Assembly: GCA_021737275.1 (NCBI GenBank)
Contig: JAIPEE010000008.1
Location: 24,655 to 88,654, forward strand
Reading direction: 5' to 3'
Length of the DNA: 64,000 bases
DNA from: Desulfobacterales bacterium
Lineage (GTDB): Bacteria; Desulfobacterota; Desulfobacteria; Desulfobacterales; JAIPEE01
Below, one piece after another: positions 19,867-32,800 of the stretch; position 1 is the first letter of the stretch, and every line of letters begins with the position of its first letter. The position numbers and the translations under genes were made by a program. The notes beneath the pieces were generated by a model. That model saw only the letters and a list, made by a program, of their open reading frames with translations, was not told the origin of the DNA and did not search any database.

Positions 19867-20934
19867 ATGGGCAAGGTACTTATGAAGGGAAACGAGGCAA
19901 TTGGAGAAGCCGCAATTCGCGCCGGCTGTCTGAATTATTTTGCCTATCCCATTACACCTCAATCTGAAATTGCTGAATATCTGTCCAGGCGGTTGCCTGA
20001 ATCGGGCGGAGTTTATCTGCAGGGTGAAAGTGAAGTTGCTGTTTCTTATATGATTTTTGGCGCTGCAGGGTGTGGTGAGCGTGTTTTTACTTCGTCTTCA
20101 AGCCCCGGTATCAGCCTTATGAGTGAAGGGCTGAGCTATATCGCAGGTGCAGAATTGCCCTGCGTCTTTGTTAACATTATGCGCGGTGGACCCGGATTAG
20201 GCGGTATTCTTCCATCCCAGGCAGATTATTTCCAGGCGACAAAGGGTGGCGGCCATGGTGATTATCATCTTATGGTTTTAGCGCCGGATAGTGTTCAGGA
20301 AGCGGTTGACATGGTCATGGAATCATTCCGGCTGGCTGAAAAATATCGTAATCCGGTTATGATTATAGGAGATGGCTTGATCGGACAGATGATGGAACCC
20401 GTAGCGTTCCGGGACGAGCTTAAAAGCGAACCTTTAAACAAAGATGTCTGGGCTTCAAACGGGATGTCCACCCGAAATAGTAAAACACCCAACCTTGTAA
20501 AGTCTCTTTTTCTGAGTCCGGAACAGTTGAATGCTCATAATTTAAAACTGAAAGCAAAATACGAACAGATGGCGAGGGAAGATCTTCGTTTTGAAACATA
20601 TAATATGGATGCTGACTACAAGGCGCTCATTGTAAGTTTTGGCACCATGAGCCGGGTCTGTCGGACAGCCATTGATGATCTCAAGGAAGAGGGTATCGAT
20701 GTGGCAATGCTCAGGCCCCAGACGGTATTTCCTTTTCCGGAAAAAGCAATTTATGACGCTGCTCTAAAAAAAGAGTGTAAAATTGTTTTGAGCATAGAGA
20801 TGAATATGGGGCAGATGGTTGAAGATGTGGAGCGCAGCGTAAAGGGGCAACGCCCTGTTGAATGGTATGGCAAGTGCGGAGGAGAGATTCCGACACCTGA
20901 AGAGATACAGGAATTGGTTAAATCCAGGCTTTGA
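19867..20934 (+). CDS. korA: 2-oxoglutarate/2-oxoacid:ferredoxin oxidoreductase alpha subunit
   Basis: MKGNEAIGEAAIRAGC..FAYPITPQSEI N-terminus typical of OFOR alpha subunits. Substrate not determinable. Confidence 0.85.
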   Translation: MGKVLMKGNEAIGEAAIRAGCLNYFAYPITPQSEIAEYLSRRLPESGGVYLQGESEVAVSYMIFGAAGCGERVFTSSSSPGISLMSEGLSYIAGAELPCVFVNIMRGGPGLGGILPSQADYFQATKGGGHGDYHLMVLAPDSVQEAVDMVMESFRLAEKYRNPVMIIGDGLIGQMMEPVAFRDELKSEPLNKDVWASNGMSTRNSKTPNLVKSLFLSPEQLNAHNLKLKAKYEQMAREDLRFETYNMDADYKALIVSFGTMSRVCRTAIDDLKEEGIDVAMLRPQTVFPFPEKAIYDAALKKECKIVLSIEMNMGQMVEDVERSVKGQRPVEWYGKCGGEIPTPEEIQELVKSRL

Positions 20935-20952
20935 TTTACCGGGAGCAACGAT

Positions 20953-21690
20953 ATGGGAAAAGTATTTAAAAAACCTGAAGCGCTGTCAGATGTGCATACA
21001 CATTATTGTCCAGGCTGCACCCACGGTATTATTCATCGACTGATTGCCGAAGTTATTGATGAACTTGGTATCAGAGAGAATACAGTAGGTGTTGCGCCGG
21101 TCGGGTGTGCCGTTCTTATTTATGATTATTTTACATTAGATTTTCAGGAATCAGCTCATGGCCGCGCACCTGCCATGGCTACCGGTATTAAACGTGTTCG
21201 CCCGGATTTAATGGTATTTACGTATCAGGGTGACGGAGATATGGCCAGTATCGGTATAAGTGAAATTATTCATGCTGCAAATCGCGGTGAAAAGTTTACA
21301 TCCATTTTTGTTAATAATGCGGTTTATGGTATGACCGGCGGCCAGATGGCACCGACAACACTTCCGGGCCAACGGACAACAACTTCACCTGAAGGACGTA
21401 ATGTTGATGAAGTGGGTATGCCTATTAGAATGGCGGAGCTTCTCTCATCTCTGGCAACACCCGGCTATATCGCAAGACATTCGGTGACAAGCCCGAAGTA
21501 TATTAACAGAACAAAAAAGGCGATTAAGAAAGCTTTTCAGTATCAGATGGAAAACAGGTGCTTCAGCCTTATTGAGGTTATCAGCACATGCCCTACAAAC
21601 TGGGGAATGACACCGGTTGAGGCATTGAAATGGGCTGAAGATGAAATGTTGCAATTTTATCAACTTGGTGAATATAAGACACCCGAGTGA
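20953..21690 (+). CDS. korB: 2-oxoacid:ferredoxin oxidoreductase beta subunit (TPP-binding)
   Basis: YCPGCTHG Fe-S/TPP motif; GDGDMASIG; [11 protein letters not shown]. Confidence 0.9.
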   Translation: MGKVFKKPEALSDVHTHYCPGCTHGIIHRLIAEVIDELGIRENTVGVAPVGCAVLIYDYFTLDFQESAHGRAPAMATGIKRVRPDLMVFTYQGDGDMASIGISEIIHAANRGEKFTSIFVNNAVYGMTGGQMAPTTLPGQRTTTSPEGRNVDEVGMPIRMAELLSSLATPGYIARHSVTSPKYINRTKKAIKKAFQYQMENRCFSLIEVISTCPTNWGMTPVEALKWAEDEMLQFYQLGEYKTPE

Positions 21691-21790
21691 CATGCGTTAC
21701 CGCTATAAATTATTTTTTAACACTAATTGCCGTGCTATGTGAAAATTTAAAACCTGATTTTTAGAGGTGTCTAATAAAGGAGATTGTTGA

Positions 21791-22324
21791 ATGCAGCAGG
21801 AAGTTATGTTTGCCGGATTCGGTGGCCAGGGGATCCTGTCGGCTGGTAAGATTCTCGCTCAAACTGCAATGAATGAAGGGCTTGAAGTTGCATGGGTACC
21901 GTCATATGGCCCTGAGATGCGCGGTGGAACAGCTTACTGCACGGTCGTTATCAGTGACAGGGCGATCGGGTCTCCGATAATAAAAAATCCGCTTCATCTT
22001 GTTGCCATGAACAGACCGTCTCTTGAAAAGTTTGCTCCGGATGTGAAGAAAAATGGTATTATTTTAGTTAACAGCTCTCTTGTGGCAATTGGTTCCGGAA
22101 GAGATGATGTTGATGAAGTGAGGATCAGTGCAACGGATATAGCACGGGATATTGGAGATGCCCGGGTGGCCAATATTGTTGCTCTTGCTGCGCTGGTGGG
22201 CAGAAGCAGGATTGTCGGAACAGAGGATTTGATTAATACGGTCAAAGCTGAGTTCGCCCGGAAGGAAAAATATATCCCGCTTAATTTAGCGGCTGTTGAT
22301 GCAGGTTTTGCAGCCGCATCCTGA
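21791..22324 (+). CDS. korC: 2-oxoacid:ferredoxin oxidoreductase gamma subunit
   Basis: FAGFGGQGILSAGKILA motif; 177 aa. Confidence 0.85.
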   Translation: MQQEVMFAGFGGQGILSAGKILAQTAMNEGLEVAWVPSYGPEMRGGTAYCTVVISDRAIGSPIIKNPLHLVAMNRPSLEKFAPDVKKNGIILVNSSLVAIGSGRDDVDEVRISATDIARDIGDARVANIVALAALVGRSRIVGTEDLINTVKAEFARKEKYIPLNLAAVDAGFAAAS

Positions 22325-22358
22325 TTTCCAGACAGCTTAAGCGAAATATAAATCATTT

Positions 22359-22392
22359 GGCCCGAATATAAAAATATTCGGGCCTGATTTTT
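22359..22392 (+). terminator. Rho-independent terminator after the kor operon
   Basis: GGCCCGAATAT-AAAA-ATATTCGGGCC perfect 11-bp stem followed by TGATTTTT. Confidence 0.85.
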
Positions 22393-22426
22393 AATAAATA
22401 CAAATATTTAAAGGATATTAATTAAT

Positions 22427-23512
22427 ATGAAACTTTCAGTACCTGATTATGTATGGGCGCTTGATCCTTATGAGCCGGGAAAGCCAATGGAAGAGGTCGA
22501 GCGTGAATATGGCATAAAGGATCCTGTAAAACTTGCTTCAAATGAAAACCCGCTGGGACCGTCTCCCAGAGCGGCGGAAGCCATTAAGCGTGCCATAGGA
22601 AATCTGAATCGGTATCCTGATGGTGGCGGATTTGAACTGTTGAATGCCATCGCCAAAAAATTGGATGTTCGCCCTGAAAATATTCTTCTTGGAAACGGTT
22701 CGGATGAAATCATCGGCATGCTTGCACACACCATGCTTGGAGAAGGTGATGAAGCCATCTTACCGGATCCGTCCTTTCTGATGTATGATATTGTGGTAAA
22801 GAGTGTTGGGGCAAAGCCTGTATATGTACCCCTGAAAAACCATGGGATCAGTCTGGGTGGTTTCAAGGAGAAGATTACGGAAAAAACCCGGATGATTTTT
22901 ATTAATAATCCGAATAACCCGACCGGCACAATTGTCAGCAAAGGTGAATTTGAAGAATTTTTAAACGCTGTGCCGGAAGACGTCGTCATTGTTATTGATG
23001 AAGCTTACATTGAGTTTGTCAGGGACAAAAGTTGTCTTAACGGCCTTGACTTTCTTGATATAGACAGGCCGATCGTAATTCTTCGTACATTTTCCAAAAT
23101 ATATGGACTTGCCGGACTCAGAATAGGTTATGGAATTATGCCTGAAGCGGTAACCGAAATGTTAAATCGTATCAGAATGCCGTTTAATGCAAGTTCGCTT
23201 GCCCAGGTGGGTGCACTGGCTGCACTTGATGATGATGCCTTTTTTAAAAAAACAATAAAGCTTGTTCATGAAGAGCTGGACTACCTTTATGGTGAACTTG
23301 ATGAGATGGGGGTGACATACTTTCCAACCCAGACAAACTTTTTTCTTATAGATGTTAAACGCGATGCAAATGCTTTTTTTGAAGAGATGCTTCAGCAGGG
23401 CATTATTGTTCGCTCCATGGTATCATATGGATTTCCAGAATATATTCGGGTAAATATGGGTACTCATGAAGAAAATATGAAGTTTATTGAAGCGCTCAAA
23501 AAAGTATTTTAG
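22427..23512 (+). CDS. hisC: Histidinol-phosphate aminotransferase
   Basis: LASNENPLGPSP, NPNNPTG and SKIYGLAGLRIGY (PLP lysine) motifs. Confidence 0.9.
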   Translation: MKLSVPDYVWALDPYEPGKPMEEVEREYGIKDPVKLASNENPLGPSPRAAEAIKRAIGNLNRYPDGGGFELLNAIAKKLDVRPENILLGNGSDEIIGMLAHTMLGEGDEAILPDPSFLMYDIVVKSVGAKPVYVPLKNHGISLGGFKEKITEKTRMIFINNPNNPTGTIVSKGEFEEFLNAVPEDVVIVIDEAYIEFVRDKSCLNGLDFLDIDRPIVILRTFSKIYGLAGLRIGYGIMPEAVTEMLNRIRMPFNASSLAQVGALAALDDDAFFKKTIKLVHEELDYLYGELDEMGVTYFPTQTNFFLIDVKRDANAFFEEMLQQGIIVRSMVSYGFPEYIRVNMGTHEENMKFIEALKKVF

Positions 23513-23538
23513 GAGGCGTTCAGACATGGAGTTCAGAC

Positions 23539-24201
23539 ATGGAAAAACTTTTGATAACCATTGATGGGCCGGCAGGCGCAGGAAAAACGACAGTAAGCCG
23601 TATTGTGGCAAAGAAACTGGGTTATAAATATGTGGATACAGGAGCACTGTACAGAGGTGTTGCATATGAAGCAATTTCAAATGGTTTGAAGCCGAATGAT
23701 GATGCCGGACTTGAAGCGCTTTTCAAGCGAATTAACCTGGAGTTTGTAGACAGCGGCAATGGTTCAAGACTTTATTCCAACGGGAAAGATATCAATGATT
23801 TTATCCGTACACCCGAAATAACCATGTTTGCATCAGCCGTATCAGCCAGATCGATTGTCAGAAGCGGTCTTCTGGGACTTCAGCAGGATATCGGTTCAAA
23901 AAAGGAAGCTGTATTTGAAGGTCGGGATATGGGTACGGTTGTTTTTCCTGATGCGGATGTAAAGTTTTTTCTGGATGCGTCACCTCATACGCGGGCGATA
24001 AGACGTTTCAATGAAATGCCCGAAGGAACACAGACCCTGAAAGAGGTCGAAGCCGATATTGTAAAGCGTGATAAAAATGACAGTTCAAGGGTTCTTGCGC
24101 CTTTAAAACCGGCTATTGATGCGATTATCATTGATTCCGGCAAGCTTGATATTGATGGTGTGGTGTCTTTTATGCTGAAATGTATAGATGACGCCGGTTA
24201 A
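23539..24201 (+). CDS. cmk: Cytidylate kinase
   Basis: ITIDGPAGAGKTTVSR P-loop; YVDTGALYR. Confidence 0.9.
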   Translation: MEKLLITIDGPAGAGKTTVSRIVAKKLGYKYVDTGALYRGVAYEAISNGLKPNDDAGLEALFKRINLEFVDSGNGSRLYSNGKDINDFIRTPEITMFASAVSARSIVRSGLLGLQQDIGSKKEAVFEGRDMGTVVFPDADVKFFLDASPHTRAIRRFNEMPEGTQTLKEVEADIVKRDKNDSSRVLAPLKPAIDAIIIDSGKLDIDGVVSFMLKCIDDAG

Positions 24202-24338
24202 GATAATTTGATTATTTTTAAAAATATAACAATAAAAGATTGTATTTTAAAACCTAACCTGCTAAATGGGCGAGGCTATGCTCCCGGTGTAAAAATTGTG
24301 AGCATATAAAAAAAATAGGCTAAGGGGGAAATTTTTTA

Positions 24339-26168
24339 ATGACTAATGCAGTAGAAACAGATTTGACCGACAAACTTAACGAGAACGAAATTCCAGACGA
24401 GGAGATGATGATTGATGATGAAGCATCTTCAGATGATTCCGTAGACATCGAAGAGAGCATGGAAGCTCTGATGGAGATGTATGAAGAGAGCTTCAAGCGA
24501 TTTGCTGAAGGTGAAGTTGTTACTGGAAAAATTATCGCAGTTGATAAGGACTATGTTCTTGTAGATGTGGGTTACAAGTCCGAAGGCCAGATTCGTATTC
24601 ATGAATTCATGAATGAAAACGGTGAGATAGATGCAAACCTGTATGATCAGGTTGAAGTAATGGTTGAACACTGGGATGACGAAGCTGAAATGGTCGTTCT
24701 TTCCAAGGATAAGGCTGACAAGATTAAGGTTTGGGAAGAGATCCAGAAAACTTATGAAGCTGAAGAGACCATTGAAGGTGTTATTATAAGCCGCGTCAAA
24801 GGTGGTTTTTCTGTCGATATCGGTGTTCAGGCGTTTTTGCCGGGTTCACAGGCTGACCTCAGACCTGTTCGCAACCTTGATGATATGGTTGGTAAAACCT
24901 ATGAATTTAAAATACTAAAATATAATCGTAAACGAAGCAATATCGTATTGTCACGACGTATGATTCTTGAACAGCAGCGTGAAAGCCTCAGGGCTGAAAC
25001 GCTTGCCAAAATTGAAGATGGTAAGGTCGTTGTCGGTATTGTTAAGAATATTACCGAATATGGTGTATTCGTTGATCTTGGTGGTGTTGATGGCTTGCTG
25101 CATATTACAGATATCTCATGGGGTCGCGTTAAACATCCCTCTGCATTGTTCTCAGTTGGTGATGAAATCAATGTCAAAATTCTGAGTTTTGACGAGGTGA
25201 AGGAACGTGTGTCTCTCGGTATGAAGCAGATGACTGAAGATCCCTGGGCGACTGCGCTTGAAAAATACCCGGTAGGTGAGCATGTTAAGGGCAAAGTGGT
25301 AAGCCTGACAGATTATGGTGCATTCCTTGAGCTTGAAGAGGGCATTGAAGGTCTTATTCATGTTTCTGAAATGTCATGGACCAGAAAAGTACGTCATCCT
25401 TCCAAGATTGTTACCGTTGATGAAGAAGTTGAAGCGGTTGTTCTTGAAATCAAACCTGAGAGCAGAAGAATTTCACTTGGTATGAAACAGGTGAATCCCA
25501 ATCCGTGGGATGTTATCAGCGAAAAATATCCTATTGGTACCACCATTGAAGGTAAAATTAAAAATATTGCAGACTTCGGTCTCTTCATCGGAATTGATGA
25601 AGGTATTGACGGCCTTGTTCATATTTCTGATATTTCCTGGACCAAACGCATTAAGCATCCTTCGGAAATCTACAAGAAGGGTGATGTTATCCAGGCTATT
25701 GTTCTTGATATTGATAAGGGTAATGAAAGATTTTCGCTTGGTATCAAACAACTCCAGGATGATCCATGGAAATCAGTTGCCGAACGTTATGAAGTAGGCA
25801 AGGAGATTACCGGTACCGTTACTAATGTTACTGATTTTGGTGTTTTTGTTGAGCTTGAAGAGGGAATTGAAGGCTTGATTCATGTTTCTGAAATCAGCAA
25901 GGAGAAGGTTAAATCTCCTTCAGACATGTTCAATGTTGCAGATGTTATCAACGCTCGTGTTATGAATATTAACAGTGATGAGCGCAGAATCGGGCTCTCT
26001 ATCAAACGTCTTGAGTTTGAAGATGATCAGGCAATGCTGACAGATTATGTCAACAACATGGAACCTGCAACATCAAGCTTTGGTGAAATACTTCGTGAAA
26101 ATCTTAAAGAGAAGCTCAATGAAGAAGACAGCACAGGTGATGAAGCGGCTGCTGATACCGAAGAATAA
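24339..26168 (+). CDS. rpsA: 30S ribosomal protein S1 (six S1 domains, acidic N-terminal extension)
   Basis: Repeated G.V..I..YG.FV.L..G..GL.H.SE units; conserved cmk-rpsA order. Confidence 0.95.
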   Translation: MTNAVETDLTDKLNENEIPDEEMMIDDEASSDDSVDIEESMEALMEMYEESFKRFAEGEVVTGKIIAVDKDYVLVDVGYKSEGQIRIHEFMNENGEIDANLYDQVEVMVEHWDDEAEMVVLSKDKADKIKVWEEIQKTYEAEETIEGVIISRVKGGFSVDIGVQAFLPGSQADLRPVRNLDDMVGKTYEFKILKYNRKRSNIVLSRRMILEQQRESLRAETLAKIEDGKVVVGIVKNITEYGVFVDLGGVDGLLHITDISWGRVKHPSALFSVGDEINVKILSFDEVKERVSLGMKQMTEDPWATALEKYPVGEHVKGKVVSLTDYGAFLELEEGIEGLIHVSEMSWTRKVRHPSKIVTVDEEVEAVVLEIKPESRRISLGMKQVNPNPWDVISEKYPIGTTIEGKIKNIADFGLFIGIDEGIDGLVHISDISWTKRIKHPSEIYKKGDVIQAIVLDIDKGNERFSLGIKQLQDDPWKSVAERYEVGKEITGTVTNVTDFGVFVELEEGIEGLIHVSEISKEKVKSPSDMFNVADVINARVMNINSDERRIGLSIKRLEFEDDQAMLTDYVNNMEPATSSFGEILRENLKEKLNEEDSTGDEAAADTEE

Positions 26169-26190
26169 TTAAAGATTAGCATATTCATTA

Positions 26191-26227
26191 CTGCAGGGAC
26201 ATTGTGATCGTCCCTGCAGTTTTTTTT
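26191..26227 (+). terminator. Rho-independent terminator after rpsA
   Basis: CTGCAGGGAC-loop-GTCCCTGCAG perfect 10-bp stem followed by T8. Confidence 0.9.
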
Positions 26228-26328
26228 GGGAAAACCAAATATTTTATTTTCAAAGCATGATTCTTAAACTATAATCAACTTTCCAGATCAACCTCAATAT
26301 TATTAAAAAATTACAAAGGGATTTCATT

Positions 26329-27219
26329 ATGTTTGCACGTAGACATCCATTTTTGTTTTTCATTTTAATTTTTTCTGCCATTTGTGCCGGATCTGTCATA
26401 GCCCTTTCTCTGATTTTTTCATCGGACAGGGATGTTGTACATGGCGACAAGGTGGGTATTATCGAAGTGACAGGTATGATTTCAACATCCAGGGAGATTG
26501 TGGCAGATATTAAACGGTTTCGTGAGAATGAATCAATTAAAGCAATTGTTTTGAGGGTGGACTCTCCGGGTGGAGGTGTTGGTCCGTCACAGGAAATTTT
26601 CAGAGAACTCAGGAAAACAGTTGTTGAAAAGAAAGTGTATACGTCGATGGGATCTGTTGCCGCTTCCGGCGGGTACTATATAGCGGCAGCCACAGACGGC
26701 ATTATCGCGAATCCCGGTACAATTACCGGGAGTATCGGGGTAATTATGGGATATACCAATATCAAGGAGATTATGGACAAAATCGGACTGGTTCCGGTTG
26801 TTGTTAAAAGTGGAAAATTTAAGGATATCGGTTCTCCTGTACGTGAAATGTCAGATGCTGAGAGAAATCTTCTTCAGGAACTTGTGGACAGAATACACAG
26901 CCAGTTTGTCAATGATGTTGCCGAGGGGCGCAATATTGAAATTGATAAAATGAAAACCCTTGCAGACGGCAGAGTATATACGGGTGATATGGCAATGGAA
27001 GCAGGGCTTGTTGACCGGCTCGGTAATCTTGAAGATGCGGTAGAGTGGGCCGGACGTGAGGCCGGGATTGAAGGCAAGATTCAGACAATCTATTCCCGTA
27101 AAGAAAAATTTACGATTCTGGAGTATTTGTTGGGGGCGTCCTTAAGTGAGTTATTCGAAGAATCCATGAGGTCAAAGATATCGGGTGGATTTATCTATTC
27201 ACCGGATCCGGCTTCGTAA
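26329..27219 (+). CDS. sppA: Signal peptide peptidase SppA (36K type)
   Basis: N-terminal TM helix; VLRVDSPGGGV; AASGGYYIA catalytic Ser motif. Confidence 0.9.
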   Translation: MFARRHPFLFFILIFSAICAGSVIALSLIFSSDRDVVHGDKVGIIEVTGMISTSREIVADIKRFRENESIKAIVLRVDSPGGGVGPSQEIFRELRKTVVEKKVYTSMGSVAASGGYYIAAATDGIIANPGTITGSIGVIMGYTNIKEIMDKIGLVPVVVKSGKFKDIGSPVREMSDAERNLLQELVDRIHSQFVNDVAEGRNIEIDKMKTLADGRVYTGDMAMEAGLVDRLGNLEDAVEWAGREAGIEGKIQTIYSRKEKFTILEYLLGASLSELFEESMRSKISGGFIYSPDPAS

Positions 27220-27297
27220 AAAAATCAATATTCCTGATCTTAGTCCTGCTTATAACCATAACCGGGCATTTGAGAATTACGATGATGAAAAAAGTTA

Positions 27298-27903
27298 TTA
27301 AAGTGAGCTCACATCTCCAATGCCTTCACGGATAATTACAGGAACATCCTCAATTAATGATACAACACTTGAGGGCTTATTGCTGACAGGCCCGCCATCT
27401 ATTACAATATCTACGGCACTGCCAAAGATATCATATAAAAGAGAAGGGTCGTTTAAATATGAGCCGTCATCCGACTTGGCGCTTGTTGAAAGAATCGGGT
27501 TTCCCAGCGCACTGACCAGCATCAGGCAAATATTATTGTCCGGTACACGAATACCGGCTGTATTGCGCTTTGACAGCATCATCCTGGGTACCATTTTCGA
27601 GCCGGAAAGAATGAATGTGTAAGGACCCGGGAGGAGTCTTTTCATGGTTTTGTAGGCATAGTTGGAAACCTTTGCGTACCGGCTGATATTTTTAAGATCC
27701 GAACAGATAAAACTGAACGGGCTCTTTTTTTTGCGAACCTTTATCCGGTAGACTTTTTCAATGGCCTTTTTATTCATAATATCGCAACCGATACCGTACA
27801 GCGTGTCAGTCGGGTAGATAATTATTCCGCCCTTTTTGAGCGTAGCGGCTACCTTGCTGATAAGTCGTTCCTGTGGATTATCGGGGTTTATGGTGATTAT
27901 CAT
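27298..27903 (-). CDS. tsaC: L-threonylcarbamoyladenylate synthase (TsaC/YrdC/Sua5 family)
   Basis: Start moved to ATG 27903. YPTDTLYGIGCD, LLPGPYTFIL and TSAN-like (STSAK) motifs. Confidence 0.85.
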   Translation of the reverse strand: MIITINPDNPQERLISKVAATLKKGGIIIYPTDTLYGIGCDIMNKKAIEKVYRIKVRKKKSPFSFICSDLKNISRYAKVSNYAYKTMKRLLPGPYTFILSGSKMVPRMMLSKRNTAGIRVPDNNICLMLVSALGNPILSTSAKSDDGSYLNDPSLLYDIFGSAVDIVIDGGPVSNKPSSVVSLIEDVPVIIREGIGDVSSL

Positions 27904-28108
27904 ATCGATAACGTTTATATGCCTAAAATGGATTAACGGTCTGCATCTCAAAAATTTGTAATCAAAATAATATTACCTAAAATTCATGTCAAGGACTTAA
28001 ATAAAGCATTGTAAAAACAACATGTGTCTGGTAATTAAAAAGGTTAATTTTAATGCTTAACATTCTGATGTATAAATACATTATATTTTTATTAAAACTA
28101 AATACTAA

Positions 28109-29604
<1,496 letters not shown>

Positions 29605-29605
<1 letters not shown>

Positions 29606-29745
29606 AAACTGATTCAAAAGTTCATCTGATGTTTGATGGCTGCTTTGCAGTAAAATTAAAAATGCTCATCCCGCTTTTAGCGGGACGCCATTTACCGGAC
29701 TTCGCCTCGCCCTCAAACATCATCCAGCCTTCTGAATTCAGTTTT
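29605..29745 (+). other. ~140-nt nested imperfect inverted repeat between guaB and dnaE (structured RNA or MITE/REP-like element)
   Basis: Outer arms AAAACTGATTCAAAAG / CTTCTGAATTCAGTTTT. Inner perfect 10-bp arms TGATGTTTGA / TCAAACATCA. Central hairpin TCCCGC-TTTTA-GCGGGA (29669..29685). Confidence 0.45.
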
Positions 29746-29837
29746 ATGTGGTGTCAAAATCCGAATTAAAAGATTTTAAATAAGTAAATTTTATCTTTTG
29801 TGACTCAGACAGAAAGGGGCTTATCGCTTAATTTCTT

Positions 29838-32800
29838 ATGGCAAAGACCGCAGCTGATTTTGTCCATCTCCATGTTCATACCCAGTACAGCCTCCTTGAC
29901 GGGGCCATCAGACTTAATGCTCTTTTTAAACGTGCAAAAGAGTTTGGTATGGATTCTGTCGCCATTACAGATCACGGGACCATGTTCGGCACGGTTGACT
30001 TTTATGATCAGGCACATGCTGCCGGTATCAAACCCATAATCGGATGTGAGTGTTATGTGGCACCAAGAACCCTTTCAGACAGAACCCAGATAGATTCCAA
30101 GGGCCTTTCTCACCTGGTTTTGCTGGCCGAAAATCAGGAGGGTTATCGCAACCTTTGTAAACTGGCTTCCATTGCCCAGCTTGAAGGCTTTTACTATAAA
30201 CCCCGTATAGACAAGGCTGTTCTTAAAGAATACAGCAAGGGGTTGATTGCACTTTCTGCATGTCTTCACGGTGAAATCCCCATGCGGATCAAGGAAGGAG
30301 ATGTCGAAGGCGCCGACGAAGCGGCACATAGATATCTTGAGATATTTGGTGAAGGAAACTTTTTCCTGGAGGTTCAGCACAACGGTATTGATATTCAGGA
30401 CAAGGTAAACGAGGTACTCTATGATATGAGCAGCCGTCTTTCCATTCCCCTTGTTGCAACCAATGACTGTCATTATCTTGATAAAAATGATGTCCGTGCA
30501 CATGAGGTGCTATTGTGTGTTCAGACCGGCAAAACCATTAATGACCCGGATCGGTTTCGCTTCAGTACGGACCAGCTCTATTTTAAATCCAAAGAGGAGA
30601 TGGGAGCCTATTTTTCCGACTACCCGGAGGCACTGGCAAACACTGCTGAAATTGCTGAAAGATGTAATATTGAGTTTGATTACAATACCTATCATTTCCC
30701 TCAATTTGCATCTGAAAACGGTAAAAGCGCTGACAAACTGTTTGAAGACCAGGCCAGGGAAGGTTTTGAGAAAAAGCTCAAGCTGATCAGGGGAAAAAAT
30801 CCTGACATTGATGAGAAGGTTTACAGGGATCGTCTTGAATATGAGGTTTCCGTTATCAATGACATGGGGTTTCCCGGATACTTTCTGATCGTCTCTGACT
30901 TTATCAAATGGGCAAAAGCAAATAATGTTCCTGTCGGCCCCGGCCGGGGTTCTGCTGCCGGCAGTATTGTTGCCTATTCAATGAGTATTACAGATCTTGA
31001 CCCAATAGAGCATGGATTGATTTTTGAACGATTTCTTAATCCTGCTCGTAAGAGTATGCCGGATATTGACGTGGATTTCTGCATCAATGGCCGGGAAAAA
31101 GTGTTTAACTATGTGGTGGATAAGTATGGCGGCGGTGATTATGTTGCCCAGATTATCACCTACGGAAAACTTAAAACACGGGCTGTTCTCAGAGATGTCG
31201 GCAGAGCGCTTGATATTCCACTTCAGGAGGTGGATGCCATTGCCAAAATGGTACCGGATGTCCTGAATATTTCCCTTGATGATGCACTGAAGCAGGAACC
31301 CAAGATTGTTGCGCTGGCGGATCAGAAACCTGAAGTGGCTGAGCTGATTAAAATATGCCGGACGTTGGAAGGTTTGCCGCGTCATGCATCAACTCATGCA
31401 GCAGGTGTTGTTATTGGTGATAAGCCGCTATCTGAGTATCTGCCACTGTACAAAGGTAAAAAAGGTGAAGTTGTAACCCAGTTCGACATGAAACGTGTTG
31501 AAAAAATCGGACTGGTAAAGTTTGACTTCCTGGGATTGAGAAACCTGACGGTTATTGCAGATGCTTTGTCAATGATTGAAAAACAGGGAAAGCCGCCGCT
31601 TGATCTTTCTAACCTTGATTTTGATGATCCGGATACCTACAAACTCCTTTGCGCCGGAGATACCACGGGTGTATTTCAGCTTGAAAGCAGCGGTATGAAA
31701 GATTTGCTGACTCGCCTGAGGCCGGCAAGCTTTCCGGATGTAACCGCCCTTGTGGCACTTTACAGGCCGGGACCCCTTGACAGCGGTATGGTGGACGATT
31801 TCGTTGAGCGAAAACATGGCCGCAAAAAAGTGGAATATCTGGTCCCTGAACTGGAACCCATCATTAAAGAGACCTATGGCGTTATCGTTTATCAGGAACA
31901 GGTAATGAAAATTGCCGGTTCACTTGCCAGGTATTCTATGGCTGAAGCAGATGACCTGCGCAAGGCTATGGGAAAAAAGGTTTATGAGATTCTTCAGCGC
32001 CACCGTGAACGATTTATCACCGGTTCAGTAGAAAACAACATACCTGAAGACAAAGCCACACAGATTTTTGATCTGATGGAAAAATTCGGTGGTTATGGAT
32101 TTAACAAATCTCATAGTGCAGCTTATGCATTGATAGCCTATCAGACAGCATATCTGAAGGCTCACTATCCTGTGGAATTCATGGCGGCATTGCTTACATG
32201 TGAAATGAATTCGATTGATGGTGTGGTCAAATTCATCAATGAGTGCCGTGCACATGACATTCCGATACTGCCGCCGGATATTAATGAAAGTGATGTGGCA
32301 TTTAAGGTGGATAATGGCCAGATACGATTTGGTCTTGTCGCTGTAAAAAATGTGGGAGAAGGTGCCATTGAATCTATTATTAAAACAAAAGAAGAGGGTG
32401 GCCGGTTTTCATCTCTTTTTGAATTTTGTGAGCGGGTTGACCTGAGAAAAGTTAATAAACGGGTATTGGAAAGTCTGATTAAATGTGGTGCGTTTGACTC
32501 AACCGGAGCCTACAGGTCAAGAATGATGGCAGCGCTTGAAGATGCGCTGGATTATGGACAGTGTATACAAAAGGAAAAGGCTGATCCCCAAATGGGCCTT
32601 TTCAGTACAGGTGATGGTAATAAGGAACCGATCAATGTGCCGATATTATCTGAGATTGATGAGTGGGATAATAAACAGCTTCTGGAATATGAAAAAGAGT
32701 CCCTCGGATTTTATATTACAGGTCATCCTCTGGGAAGATTTCAGGAGACAATTGAAAAGTTTGCCAGTGTGAATTCCGTTACCATTATGGATGCACCGGA

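Noticed and set aside
22468-22989. 173-aa antisense ORF inside hisC, and similar antisense ORFs at 1379..1771, 24899..25294, 30075..30503, 30978..31385, 33488..33922, 35362..35718 and 41325..41741
   Set aside because: Each is fully embedded in a confidently identified gene on the opposite strand. Their compositions are Ser/Pro/Arg-rich or otherwise typical of antisense translation, and none has recognisable domains.
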